A stretch of 63,468 nucleotides of DNA, filler included, from Choristocarpus tenellus KU-1152 (taxonomy: Eukaryota > Protista > Phaeophyceae): NCBI GenBank assembly GCA_964200185.2. It is 7 parts of 7 records of this genome, joined end to end, with 100 filler letters (N's around TTAATTAATTAA, not from the genome) between each part and the next. Parts side by side here need not be neighbours in the genome. Positions count along the whole stretch, not along the records: positions 10,407 to 23,332 come from CAXNAD020001655.1; positions 23,433 to 38,117 come from CAXNAD020001138.1; 5 more parts are not named here. The stretch is one strand, 5' to 3'. The translations under genes were made by a program, and so were the position numbers. Positions 13,386 to 26,863 of this stretch are shown one piece after another (positions within the stretch are counted from its first letter, which is position 1; each line of letters starts with the position of its first letter). Under the pieces are notes generated by a model that was given only the letters and a program-made list of their open reading frames with translations, searched no databases and was not told where the DNA came from.

Positions 13386-14826
13386 ACTCAACAGAGATAA
13401 AAGATGAGGGACATTATTAATAGAAGTTGGAGTGTGCTATTGGAAGCAACTCTGGTACTGCAAAATAACTTTGTGACAAATTCATATGAGATACAAAATA
13501 TCCATAGGGATTGGTACAATGAGTTTTGCACTTTTTTCCAAGGTGTAGTGCTAGAATTATTGTTGTTCTTACTTCGGTATATATATTGTTCTTATTATTC
13601 ATACCAATACATATTTACTGGACTATATTCTAAAACACTTGCTTGCGATGATTGTGGTATCAAACAAGACACTCTCTGACGAAAAAGAACCCCTTTGATA
13701 CTTGAAGAGGTTTCAATGGTATAATATGTAGGAGGGTAACAAGAAGGTTAATGGAACTTGGTTTGTCAAGGGTCTTCGACAGATTTTGTTATGCATGCAA
13801 ATGTATTATTGTTGTGCAACGCTTTGCTCGGAGGTTAGGATTAGGGCCTGTTGTACTTGAATGTTAGGTGCACAGAGATTGCTAAGTCAACCTTGGATAG
13901 CACTTTTACACCTACTATGTAACATGGTGAGTCGTAAACAGGGCATAAGTGATCTTGAAATCACCTCTCTACATGATTCAGTATTTGGACCCCAAGTGGT
14001 ACCCTGTTGATGTTTCCAAGGCACCTCTAAGGGCATGGATATGCACAGGGTTGTTGCTGGAAGTTCTGACATTATTGTGTGTTGCGTTCTGTTTTGGAGA
14101 ACAAGTGCAACACACAAGTAAAGTGATGAAATGATTTGCTGACTTTTGCCAGGATTCTAGTGTTCGCACGCTCCCAAAAAGCTCGGTGCTTTACCAAGAA
14201 GATAATGTAGAATGTGCTTTATTAAGTTTACAGCAAAGAGTGAGACCTATCCACTTAGGGGGGTAGTTCTTAGTCTCTATAATCACGCTTTCATGTAATT
14301 CGGTGTGTCACTGATAGAAATATTTCAAGCAGATCAAGAGTAGAATTATTTCCTAAAATGTTTCTTCATCATCACTATATTTCAAGTTTCTGATCCATCA
14401 CTAATGTACCACATTACACACATTATCTCGTTATGTACATAATTAAATCTTCATGTGTACTAATATCAACATCTGGTTCAAAGCATCTCCTCATGCAAAT
14501 ATCTAGAACCTGCTAGCATCTGCTATTACAGACAGCTGCTTTAGGAAGTGTTGCGTTGTTGTTTGCAGAGGTGGACAAGCCTCTGTATCAGAAGTGCCAC
14601 AAATCCAACTTTTTCCATCCCACCCTACTTATTCTAAATGTCACATGTTCATGTTCCCCAACTAAGACATCGTTCTATCTGCTACACTCTAATTGTGTTT
14701 GACGAGGCAAGTGAATTGCCTACCCATGAACCGACCCCCGATGGAATTTTTTATGCTACATAACCCGTTATGTATGGTGCTCACTAGTTATTGCACCCAT
14801 AGCAAAAAAAAAAGAAAGCATCTTTG

Positions 14827-16268
14827 TCACACGGACATTGATATAAACCCCTCCGGCTCAATCCACGTGGCCTCTCCAGTGACTGTGTTGTAGTAGTAAG
14901 TTGCCTCCACCTCAACATCCCAGAATTCTTGCCAATTGCTCAGCGACCTAGAGGGTCGCCGGGAGGCATTGGAACTCCAACCCTTCATATGTGCAACAGC
15001 TCCTTCCTTGTCTTGAATGTCCCTTGCTTCTCTTGCAACAAGTTGTGGTGGACTGATACCCTCAATCGTTGCAGCCTCACCCCCAGCCATTATCAAAACC
15101 TTGGTACCCGGTCCTAACATCTCAGCCTGCCCAATGGCATGAGCTCTTGCCCCACTCCCTGAAGGAGTTCCCAGTTGCAAACCTTGGTATCCTTCCCTTG
15201 TTATAGTATGCTGTTCATGATGACTCGAATCCATTGGCAATGGTTGGAGACTATGAGCCAAAACCGTACCTTGACTCTGCGGTTTGTTGTTTGAGGGAGG
15301 ACATATGGACAAAAGATATGCTCTCATTGCAAATACTCATGGAGTGCATAGCGTGTAGATGAAGTGAAGGGTTGTGTGCTGAAACGCCCATGGAACAACA
15401 GTACATTTACCCATCTAGTATAGATTGTGCAAGCACGCCAAGGTGTGTGTCATCATTAGAGAAGGGGGATGTACTAACCAATCAGACATGGTCAGACAAA
15501 CAGATGTGAATACTGCTGCTCTTTGAGTTGACACTGACTTTGACTTCCTGAGTACCCTTCCTCCCTTAAAGATTTGGGTTTACTCCTACAGGGCAGTAGC
15601 ACTTTAAGCAACCACAGCTCACTTGTCTCAATCCTTTCCCTGCACTCTGTGCCCTTGCCAAAGCTGCCCTGCGCTGTTGCTGCCTCACCATTATGTGTGG
15701 TGGAGGTTGTTCAGGTGGCTGAGGTGGTTCTGCTAAGCGTTGTGCCATCATCAGTGAAACCACAGGGAAGGCAAACACAAGATGTTGAAAGGTCATAAAA
15801 AAAAATATTTGTAGGGAAGCCCGCAAGTCCTTCAATCAACATATACAACAATACTACACCCATCCACACATTGAACCATCGTTATGTATATCATCATGAG
15901 TAGAGTAACAAAGTAATGAATGCAACTCTTCTTCAGAGAACTACTTGTCTTTGAAGGTCGAAGTTGGAAATTCCAAACAGCTGTCCCTAAGGCTGAGCTT
16001 AGTAGTTTTTCAAATTTCCATCCTCTCCATGTATGTACTTCATGGCGATAGAAAGGGAAGGGGGAGGAATTGGCAGGAGAAATGTGCAAAGCTTCTTACT
16101 TCGCTTGCGATTGTTTGTTGTAATCTGATGATGGTTCGTGCATTCCGACGACTGTGAGAGTGTGCTAGTTCTCAAAATGACAGTCCGTGATGAAGACCGT
16201 GGCAGACTCCTTTCTTGCTGAGTGTTTGTTGCCATCGTAACCTTCGAAGAGACCGCTGGAAGAGGCAT
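14827..16268 (-). CDS. WW-domain protein, ~242 aa, 3 exons
   Basis: Exons 16268-16100, 15732-15623, 15276-14827 with compatible phases (1,0). C-terminal WW motif WQEFWDVEVEATYYYNTVTGEATWIEP; the rest is low-complexity. Confidence 0.72.
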
Positions 16269-17222
16269 GTCGTGGTTCCGTGAGGTACCCGACAGAGGGG
16301 CAAGTTTGGTGGGTCAATACGGTCAGATGGCTGTTCGTAAGAGACTTAAAAGAAGAGGAGTATACTTAACTTACAGCGGCTCAAAGTTCATAATACACAT
16401 TGCGACGATTTGTTACGGATACATACTGGGGTTGTTTCACTCACCTTCGATACCTCTCTCGAATGATGAAGGATTACTTTTGCTATAATAGTGCAACTTA
16501 CCTACTACGACGAGCACCCAATTTACAAATTTACTAGGAACATACTGGGAGTAGAAGCTATTTTGCAATCACCTGTTGTCCAAGTTGGATTAGTTCAGCC
16601 TCCCTCTGTGGCTTCTTGGGTTGGCAGATTTCGTCTCTTGAAACTGTTCACCTCTCGTGACTGACCTCTCGCTCCAGTCGAGGTCTCCTTCACCACCTGA
16701 AGAGAATTATTTCACTTTCACCCACAGGGATGGGGAAGCATCTGGACCCCATCCGATCCCGCTCCCTGTGCCATCCCACAATTACTTCCCGTATTCATAT
16801 CATACTACGTAGTAGCACAATTATATTTTACGTTGCATGTCGCCGCATATCTTGCTTGCAGTATAATCAGAACCTGTCCACCTATTTGTTGATGACAGCT
16901 ATACGGCACACCCAAAGCAAAGATCATTCCCAGATGTAATTGTATTTCATTGGGACACCACCCTATGGTCTATGTGGGATTGGCACTTGGTACGGAGAAC
17001 CATATGTAGATTCTATCAGAGAACAATACAACACCCTACTTTCTGCATCTCGAACAATACAATATCGTTCATGTTCATTACTCACACATGAATTTCCAAC
17101 AGTTACAGAAAGCTCGCGCGTGATGTTGGTGTGGAGACGCGCGAGTTAAAGACTCACACAAGTTAATAGGGGATGTGATACTACAGTATCATAGACCTCA
17201 CAACGAAAGACATTGGGAAGCC

Positions 17223-20200
17223 ATGAGATCCTATATCCCCTGTTTCATCCTGACAATAACAGCACTTTACTTGCATAGCTGTTGTGCATGGGTCCCCGGA
17301 GTTCCAGCCATTGGAATCTCTACCAACTACTGGTGGAATTGTGCGATCGTCCACGGAAGTCGATGTCCATCCAAGGGAAGCAAGAGTAGATCACAAATAA
17401 GACTCCTGGTCGCTAGTGGAGATGTTGAGGAATTTGGATGGGATTTTCCAACTATACAGGAGGACGAGGAAGAGGGAGGCGAGATACCAATATCACCTAC
17501 AACAAGGTACAAAGGGGGAATTACCATGTCGGGGTTGGTCAAGGGGTAGTAGCAAGACTGCCCGACTTGAACTGCAGTTAGCGATTACTGCATCAGCCAA
17601 ACATTCCCCACGGTAAATCGATAAGTGTAAAGATAATCGTTTGTGAGATCTTGGATGCCCTGTAGTGTGTTGGAGTAGATTTCGCCCTCAAATACCAACC
17701 TACTAAGCACTGTTCGCCCGTCCCTTATTTATTTTGCGGTTTGATCGCCAAGTGGAAAATCTGGTATATATATATATGTATATATATTTCCATGGCACAG
17801 ATGAAGTCATAAATGGTGTATAGCGTAGTCGGGGTGTATACCACTGCTGTGCTTTCCTCTTAGCTTCAATTTCTATGGTGACTTAAACACTGATAGGTTG
17901 AAGATGGAAGACGATGATATTCCAGACTACCTGGTGGATATGCTGCGTGAAAGTGGTTTCGTTGATGACGACGGTAAGCCAATCGACGAACCCGATGGTC
18001 AGGAAGAGCAACCAAAGTATCCCGTAGAGGTGAGTAAGTCACCTGGAGGACACTTCAGCACAAAATTTGAGTTCAATAGTTGAATCTCCCTATAGTTTAG
18101 ATGATGGGAAGGGCTGCTTGTATTGTAATGAGGCTAGCCCACAGTGCTGCACTACGTCGCTCCACCTGACCAGCTACCTACATAATGTGCGTGAAGTGTA
18201 CGGGTTTACGAAGTCCGATAAATGTCTGGATGGTGCTATATCTAGTTACCTCTGACATGATTCGGCGTGCTGCCATTTTGTCTTGTTGCTGCACAGCCTT
18301 GAACATAAAAAACCAACCATCAGTCCCCCCTGCCGTCCCCTGAAATTGCTAAAAGGATGAAAACTACATGGATGTACCATTTGGGGATATGCTGTCAGAC
18401 CTCCTAGATGAAAGCCCTCAGAATGAGGACACTTTGATGGACTGCTCCATAACAGAGATTTCACATGCATATGGCTTCCCTTTAGAGTTCTTCCAGGACA
18501 CCCTCACCAGGTGATCCACCCACTGTAGCACTGACTGACGAGGGAGGTGGCGAAGAGGAAGGGGAGAATATTTCAGAGGAGGGTCAACTGTAGACGCTGA
18601 GAGATAAAAATAATCACCCATCGGCGTTTTGTCTTTGTCTACTTAATCACAGGTCTAAGCCCAACTGTTGCAGTGCAGTTTTTTTTCTCTCCTATTTTCT
18701 GCCAGTACATCAAATCGCACATATAATGTAATGATCTTTGTATGAGGTATACCCTGGAGCATGACCTGACATCACCATGCATGTATTTATATATTCCTGC
18801 ATAGTTCTGTGCGGTTGTGGTCAATCACATCAGCTTTGATATCTGAGTGTGGGTGCATCATGGTTGTATTTCTCTCACAACTTAGCCCTAACCCTGGCTC
18901 GTGACATTTTGTTTTGTATTTATTATTGGTAGGTGGGGATGCCAGCCCCCAATCAATGCACACGTCAGACTAGGAGACTTTGCAACAGCAGAGCAGGCAG
19001 CTGGATTGGTAGAGGCATTAACGGGCCTGGATGCAGCAGATGTGAGTGGCAATACTAACTGTGGTGAGGAGGTTTGAAGACAGACAGATCTGAGCCCCTA
19101 AAGGGAGTGGATTAATGGACCTTATGTTCTGGAATATTTCTTCCCTTGCTCATCATTGTATGTTTTTGGCGGACTGGGTAAGGTGAATGGAACAGCGATT
19201 CCTTTTTATAGTTCATTGATCTCACTGTGTGTGTTGTTATGTAATCCACATAGAGAGTGAACAGCGTTCTCAGATCTGAAGGCCTTATGTCAGCTTAGTT
19301 GTCGCCGTGTGTATCATACAGTTGCAGGAATGTTTGAGCAGTAGATAACCCTGATGAGGACAAGGTAGTCAAAAACAGAGTTGCATAGTGTTACACATGT
19401 TTCACCCCCTCAACCCTGCATATGATTATATGGTTTCTTTATCCCCATGAACACCTTGCAACAATGAAGGCTAAATACTGTAATACTCTACCGTGGGTAT
19501 ATGTGTGCAACCAATAGGCAGTGTGTACTTTAGCAGTACAATGTGTGCAACACAACAGCAACCTGGAAGTGAGAAACCTCAGTTAGCCGCACCTGTCTCC
19601 TTGCACAGTTGTCCTTGTTCTCTTATGCTGGCTTTTTTGTGTGTATTTTTGAACTGCTCAGGTTTCAGACAACTATGTCAGTGAGAGCCTGGAGGACCTT
19701 TCCATTGAGTTAAATATCCCCCTGCCTAAGCTCTTCCAGGCATGCACTGATCACAGGTGACATGTTGTGATTTTTAGAAATGGTTGTGCCTCCCCCTTCC
19801 TCTTCAAACCATCCTCCTATGCCATCAATTGTTGTGAACATCATGCACTCATCCCACCATGTATGTGGAGCTTATGTAGTAAATTCCAACGTAGGCAACA
19901 AGAGAACTATCTACGCAGTTGAATTCATTCACCTGTGTTCTGTGTTGGAGGAATTCTGTTTGTGTGAGTGATGTGACAGAGACAGAGGGGTATTGATCTT
20001 GACCAAGACCATTGGTGGAAGATCCATCCAAATGATGGACAGTATAGTCCTCACCCATTATCCATCATCATCGAGTGGCATCCTTGTTTCACAGCTCTTT
20101 TTATGATGTGCAATGTGCAATGTGCTTTCCCAACCGTTGGGGGTTTTGTGTTCTTTTTGATGTGGAAACGTAAGCTGTGGTAAAGAAGGTGGGAAAGGAG

Positions 20201-21378
20201 GCACTGCTGGCATTACGCACATGGAGTAGAGTCGCTGAAAGACTGGGGATAGTATGAGGAGAAACATACACACCCATGAGATCCTTGCTTCACTATCAAT
20301 TGAACCAATAGTATGCATTCTCTCCATCATGTTACTATTTCCGTTAAATATCAATTGACCCAAAGGTGGTCTACACCAGAGTGTCCATTTGGACCAAAAC
20401 CAGGAAAAGCGCACTTTAGTATCCATCCAATGTATGGAACCAAATCACCCAAGAATCCCAACATGAGAAAAATTGGCCCCAAATTGACAGCCCCCCCCCC
20501 CCCCCCCCCCCCCCCAGATACTTTGACCCATTATGTTGACATCACGTCGTGCTAAGTGAGTACTTACATTCATTTCAGAGTTTTGTTCATTTCTTGTGTG
20601 TGATAAAGTGTTATGCGAGTGTGGTCATGCTTCAGGTGTACGATGTAGGCTGTGATACCTTCTGGGTGACAGTCAAGGTGAGATGAGGTGGGTACAATTT
20701 CCCAGTTGACCATCAAAGCTACTCCACCTGACCTGAGTGCCTTGCACCTGGGCACGTGTCCATGAATGAGCAAACATTCGCTTATCTTAGAGTTATTTGT
20801 TCCCCAACACACACAATGCCCTTCAAACATTTGACATGACCTGAATCTGCAAGAGATGGGAGCCCTATCACACGAATGCCCCTTGTAATCTCATGCCCTG
20901 CGGCTTACTTTACTTCTCTGCTCAATGCACACCCCAAAGTAATCGACTGGTGGCCTTGATGTTATGTTCATCTATTTTAGTCCACCAACTCCAGTGCTAT
21001 GCTTACAGCTGTGTCATTTTCCTGCCCCTCCACCCAATCCCAAAAACTTTTTTTTACAGTGTGAATCTTCCGGAGGGGGCTGATACACACCTTTCCATCG
21101 AAGATTACAAGATGCTCCTGGATAATGTTGTAGATGGCGGTGAGGACAGCCCTGCCCGTCTTCTGTTTGACGAGAACCGCATGAGCAATAGGTGGTCTGG
21201 GATGCAGAAGCTGAAAGAGAGTGAGAAAAAGCACGATTACCTAACTGATTACCATCGGTGGGGGCGAGAAGAATGGAGGAATGGACCACCTGTCATTGGA
21301 CCGGGGGAGGGACAAATTCCTTTGGAAGATGCACACATATCGGGTCATATATTTGGAGAGGATCTGTTGTGGGATTAG
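17223..21378 (+). CDS. Plastid-targeted protein (~342 aa) with two IF2 N-terminal-like repeats, 6 exons
   Basis: Exons 17223-17506, 17897-18029, 18422-18510, 18933-19041, 19662-19756, 21060-21378 join in frame with GT-AG sites. Hydrophobic signal peptide ends CCA|WVP (ASAFAP-type), followed by an S/R/K-rich transit segment. Repeats DCSITEISHAYGFPLEFFQDTLTRWG and SESLEDLSIELNIPLPKLFQACTDHSVNLPEGADTHLSIED. The gene model is well supported; the domain call is from recall of the family. Confidence 0.8.
20357..20529 (+). mobile_element. MITE family A (intronic)
   Basis: GACCCAAAG ... CCAGATACTTTGACCC; TSD ATT. Confidence 0.85.
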
Positions 21379-22466
21379 CAAACTTCTAGGACTGTAGTAG
21401 AAGCAGTATACTCCAGAGTGCTTCATTTTTTTTTTGAAAAACTTTACTTGGAACTAATATAATATGATGTGTGTGCTTGGTATTCACTCCCTGTATCGAT
21501 TTTGTAGTTAGCCCTTGTTAGAAAAGGGGGTGTTTTTTTTTTTCTGGCGAGAGTTTCAGAAGGATGCTTAACGGTGTACAGCTCCTCTTTGTCATGATGA
21601 CAAGTTTGAAGTAATCTCTTCTTTTCATAGCTTTACTTATGGTCATAGAGGAAACTTCTGCCCATAAGTGTTTGGTGTTTACAGTGTAGTAGTGAGATTC
21701 CATAGACCTTTTTTTTTTGTCCCAAGTGGTGTTGATGCCAATATCACTGATCTGTCCAACAGCCCCCTCTTTTCACCTCGCTACAAGATCATGTCATCGT
21801 GAGTTAGTCGACTGGGTGGGCCCTCCTATGCCACTGCATCACAGGTGTCGCTTTTCCCTGTTCAATGCACCAATCCACGATTAGGTAGACACAGAAGTGC
21901 AACATTGCATATTGTTGTCTCCTGCAAGAGTAAGGTGGTTTCTGGACAAGGTGTTTGGTCTACCATTTATGATGTTATCCTCCTCCTCCTTGTGCAGTGA
22001 ATGTCAATGCTCCAATGACATCACTTGTGGTACAAAGTCTTATTTTCCTGTGGAGTTGAGACTAAAAAATTGTCTTGTCTACCTTTTGTTTGGCTGAGAC
22101 CAGATAGAAATGTCTTACTATGATGAAAGGGATGTGTCCTTTTCACTAAGCATTGAAAAACGCCAAAGCTTTTCTTGTTAGGATGCGATGCTGGATGGCC
22201 ATTTGAAGAATATATTTGGGGGAGGCAATCCAATTATTGTAGGGTGTCGTTGGTACATGAAACTACTCCTTTCAGCGACGGTCATGGTAGGGAGCTCTGG
22301 GCTTACTTATCATGTCTAAGATGACAGTAATAATTTGTTGTGTTGAATCTTTTATTATTCTAGGAGCAGAGTTTGTTGCAGCACTAGACCTCCTGTTGCA
22401 TAGTTTTATCAGCCAAGGAAGGCATATTTGTCAAAATTGTAATTTTTGTTAAGACCTAGGCATCCT

Positions 22467-22723
22467 GAGCCAAAGTAAACGAGAGGTACCCCAGGTTTTG
22501 AACGTTTTGTTTAGTCAGTTTTTCAATTTTTTACAATTCACCCATATTTCTATGGAGGAGTGCTAGGTTTGAATTGAGAGAGTTGATTTCTCCATTGTTT
22601 GGTGAGACTTTTCGACAGAATTCAGAAAACACCCTGAACCCATTTGTGAAAGAGCCGAAATTTGTAGATTTATATCAGCGTCTTTTTAATGGAACTCTGG
22701 GTACCTCTCCTTTGCTTTGACTC
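22467..22723 (+). mobile_element. MITE family C
   Basis: GAGCCAAAGTAAACGAGAGGTACCC ... CTGGGTACCTCTCCTTTGCTTTGACTC. Confidence 0.88.
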
Positions 22724-22884
22724 TCTGGCTACACCACAACTTCTTCCACCGTGTGTACTGATGTAAGAGATAGTTCTTCTTACAACTTATAGTGCAACAA
22801 GCATTATTAGAATGTGCTGTTGCCTGTTACAGTTAGTGGAGCAATCCTAGGAAAGTATGTCAGTAACAGCACCAGTAGTATATC

Positions 22885-23141
22885 GAGTCAAGGTAAACGA
22901 GAGGCACCCAGAGTTGCATTTTAAGGATGCCAGCAAATGTGTACAAAATTCTGCTTTTTTTACAAAGGCGTATAGGATATTTTCTGAATCGTGTTGGAAA
23001 TTTTTCAAACAACAAATAAACGCTCTCAAGTCAAAACTTAGCTCTTCATCGACAGGAATATGGTTGAATTGCAAAAGATTCAAAAACTGGCTTATAATGC
23101 CAAACAGCCAAAAACTGGGTACCCCTTGTTTACTTTGGCTA
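22885..23141 (-). mobile_element. MITE family C
   Basis: Reverse copy; TSD ATC. Accounts for much of the 175-aa ORF 22857-23384. Confidence 0.88.
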
Positions 23142-23252
23142 ATCATATGTAGAGCACTGTTAGAAATTCCCAGTACAGATACCATCCCCATACCTCTCTT
23201 GCCTCAATCCACAATGGCCTCCAAGTGCTTGTCAACACTTACATCCTTCACT

Positions 23253-23332
23253 GACCCAAAGTATCTGGGGGGGGGGGGGGGCTACAACAGCGTGCCCATT
23301 TGGACCAAAACCAGGAAAAGTGCACTTTTGTT
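23253..23332 (+). mobile_element. MITE family A, truncated by contig end
   Basis: GACCCAAAGTATCTGG-polyG left end. Confidence 0.8.
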
Positions 23333-23432
23333 NNNNNNNNNNNNNNNNNNNNNNNNNNNNNNNNNNNNNNNNNNNNTTAATTAATTAANNNNNNNNNNNN
23401 NNNNNNNNNNNNNNNNNNNNNNNNNNNNNNNN

Positions 23433-23664
23433 GCGCCCATTTGGAGGCCAAAATCCAATGTTGCGATTTTGATGTAATTTTGGCTCTCCTGTTTGTTAGG
23501 AAGTGTCAATATCCTTGTTTCGGAAACACTTTTTCATAACGTATACATTTCACCTACTCCGAAACATTATGAAGTATGGAAAACGTTAAAAAAAAATAGT
23601 GGGGAAGTCAAGCCCCAAATGGACAAACAGGGCAAAACTTGTACCATCTAAGATGCTTTCACTC
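23433..23664 (-). mobile_element. MITE family B, truncated by contig start
   Basis: Reverse copy ending CTAAGATGCTTTCACTC. Confidence 0.85.
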
Positions 23665-23773
23665 TTAGTGTGTGGCAACAGTTTAGCTCTTCCAAAAAGG
23701 GAAAAAACGCTTGATGGACACTGAAGACAGGCAGCAAAACGTAACATTTCCTACTGAAATCGCTTGTTGCCCC

Positions 23774-25959
23774 TCATGAGGAAGCTTGGTGTAAGGGGAG
23801 GGGGGGGGTTACCCATTCCCTCTTGGCCTGCTCGATGTCCCTCGCTTTTTCAGCCACCAATCTTGCCAATTTCAATCGTCGAGGTGAGATTATTCTCTTA
23901 GATTCATGAGCCTCATGTGCTAGGGCAAGTGCAGCAGACTTCTTAGCTCGTGCCCATCGAGCCTGTCCAATGGCATATTCTGGGAGCTCTCCCTTGACAT
24001 CACACATGAATCATTGGTCGTTGGGGTATGGGACTTTTTCAGTAAGGGACTTTTTATTCAATTGTGTCTGAGTGAAGTTGGGATGAGAACAGTTTTTGTC
24101 CCCACCAAGCTGTTGATTATGTTGCTTTCTTCTCACGTGTTCTGCATGACAATCTTGTGCCCTTCGCATGAGGTGTGATTAGGATTGTATTCAAAAGACG
24201 GGTTAGGTCAAATATAGCCAGTGGCAGGTGAGTGCTTAAAATGCCTCGCTTTTCTCGTTGTGAAATTCATTTTTAGAGCAAATTGGTTCACTTCGCGAGT
24301 GCTTGGAACCTATTAGTAAGCCTAACCCTAAGTTTCCAATGCCGGATGCAACCTACATATGCACATCGGCATCTAGTCTCTAGAGATACTTGAATATATT
24401 GCCATATGAAAAAATTCAACTGCTTTTGCTGAGCAGAATTCCACAATAACTAGCTTATCAGTTGGCAATGTCACACCTCTCAATATCCTATGACACTTGT
24501 CACCTAAAGGTGGACTCAGAAAAGGTTGCTGACTCCTGCGAGGACCTTGAGGACAAGAAAGTTCCCACAGTTCACATCTTACCGATATGATGTGTACCTA
24601 TCACCCATCCCTTAGTACTGTTTCAAATTTTGGCTCAACACTCACCCCCTCTACACATTGTTGGGGTGTGGGACTTAGTGATGCTGCAAACAGTGCCTGT
24701 GTGAGCCAAGTGCACATCGGCAATTCCTTTGTATACGTTTGATACTTACTCTCCAGAACCTCAGGTTGAGTACAGTTTTTTTCGTTGGCTTGTGTAGAGG
24801 TATTTCACCTCTTTGTTCTTAACAAGGTGCTAACAGCCCAAATCCAAGGTGCAATTGATATCTAAGGATGAAAATACAAATTTAAGTAGGAGAGAAGACT
24901 GTGGTGAACCATAACCTAATGGCTTGTAGATATTACTACTTTGACTTTATACTACCTGATAGATATACTCTTTCCAATTGTTCTACCTTGCACTACTTAA
25001 TTCAAGTCTGGGCGGATGATCAGATGTGTTCCTGTCTTCTACTGATCGGCGCAGGAAGTGATGTGGACCATTATTGATAAAGATTTAGCATTTGTATTGA
25101 AAGCACAGAGAAAAGGAACAACAAAAAGAGAGATCCTCTATGAGGGGCAGGAAGGAGGGGTTTCCAAACACTCCAACAAGCTGAGAATCAGTCATGTTAA
25201 GGGCAAGTGTCAGGTAGAGGTTTACTGTTTTGATGGGGCATTAAACTATATTTTTAGTTGTATGACACAGGAATGGACATTCCATTGCTCCTTGACAATC
25301 AGTACACCGCCTCATTCAACCGATCCACCTGTGCAAAATATTGGCTTGTACCCTCTCACATTTCGACTTTGCCCCCGAATTTTGTATTGCTTTTTCTTCT
25401 TTCTTTTGGCCATGCCCGGCCGTGACATCTGAACTCTAGATCCTCCGACTCTGAGTCTTGTGGGCTGCCTTGATTTGGTTGGAGCCAATCCCTCAGCGTC
25501 CTCCTCTTCCAGTATAGTGAGAGCTTCGGCTCCAGTAGAAACAGTAACCTGTGTTGTACTTCTTCTTCCCTCTGCAGCCTTGACAATTCCTCCAGCCTCA
25601 GCCTGGTGATGTATCGTACTATCCTCTGTTCCACCTAGTTCCAGCCTGATTTTGTTATTCTCCTCCTGTCCACCATTCACAGAAGGGCGCTGGCATGTAT
25701 GGCATAGTTTACTTACTTGGATCCCTAGACTTGATACAAAAACAGAATCCCCCACTGGTATATCTGCTGTGCTTCCAAAGCTGTCTGTGATGTCAACAGA
25801 ATCCTTGGTCCTCTCTTCTCCCAGAATTTCTGTCCCACAGTGGCACCTGATCGATCCTGATAGCGGTAACTCATTCCAAACACTGGATGCAAGAACAGTC
25901 TCTGCATCTCCCAATGATGATGGTGAATCAAGCCCTTGGGGCCTTTTATTAAGTGTCAC
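23774..25959 (-). CDS. Possible coding exons of a low-complexity/basic protein (downstream part of the ankyrin locus or a separate gene)
   Basis: 215-aa open frame 25312-25959 with a basic KRKKKK stretch, and a charged helical segment at 23774-24007. No clean splice model obtained. Confidence 0.3.
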
Positions 25960-26863
25960 TGTACAGTGTGGTATTCAAGAACCAGAATGAAGCAAGGGGC
26001 TTCAGATATTCATAAACCATATTACTTTGTCAAGCAATTTGATGCCACCCTCGATTCTTTTCTCCTTATTGGACATTTGAAAATTGCATCCTAGGCATTC
26101 AGAATATATTTCATATACATCAAGGTCCTACCCTCCTCCTGATACCGTTTTCGATAGCCACAGTAGTGGAGAGGAAAGGATCTCTGCTACTCACCATCAC
26201 CAGGTAAGACATCCACAACAGATGTAAGGTTTGAGATTGGACCGATAGCTCCACTCCAATTCTCTTCTCCCCAGACCTGCATGGTACAGCCTGGCCATGG
26301 ACTTGGTGAGAGATTGTCATGTTCGCTGCAGAGAGGAATTGCTGATGAATAAGTCAGCAAATGACAAGGTGCTGTTGGAATGATTAGGTGACAACAGGAT
26401 CTTTCAAGAGGAATAATTTTACATAGTAATGATCATTCCGATGGGCATTCAAAATAGTAGCTAGAAGAGCATCTTCACTAGTTGGGGTGGAGCCATCCTC
26501 TGCTGGAGCAACATGTGTTGTAATCCCTCCTTTGGCCTTTAGAGGTAAGAAGTCGCTCATGCTGTGCCCTATTGTTTACAACAACTCTCCAGAAGAGGTA
26601 TTTCCCTGGGAAACAAGTGGTAGATTAATCGATGGTTCATAGTTCTTCATTACATCAACCTGCAGTAACTATAATGGAGGAGTCTGGTGGCGTGGTAGGC
26701 ATGAAAAGAGCTGCTTAGCAATCTTATTAGTCAGAAGAGCCTCACCCCTCAGGTAAATAGCTGCTCCCTACTTTGGGCTTTGTCGATGGTCATTGCCTGT
26801 TGATGATAACTGTATTGCCAAAGCGCTTCTGTACACACATGATAATTCCACCCCAGTGGTACC

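Noticed and set aside
13949-14134. Possible terminal exon with a hydrophobic helix
   Set aside because: No upstream exons or homology could be established.
22847-23384. 175-aa and 114-aa ORFs
   Set aside because: They run through MITE C and A sequence into the linker.
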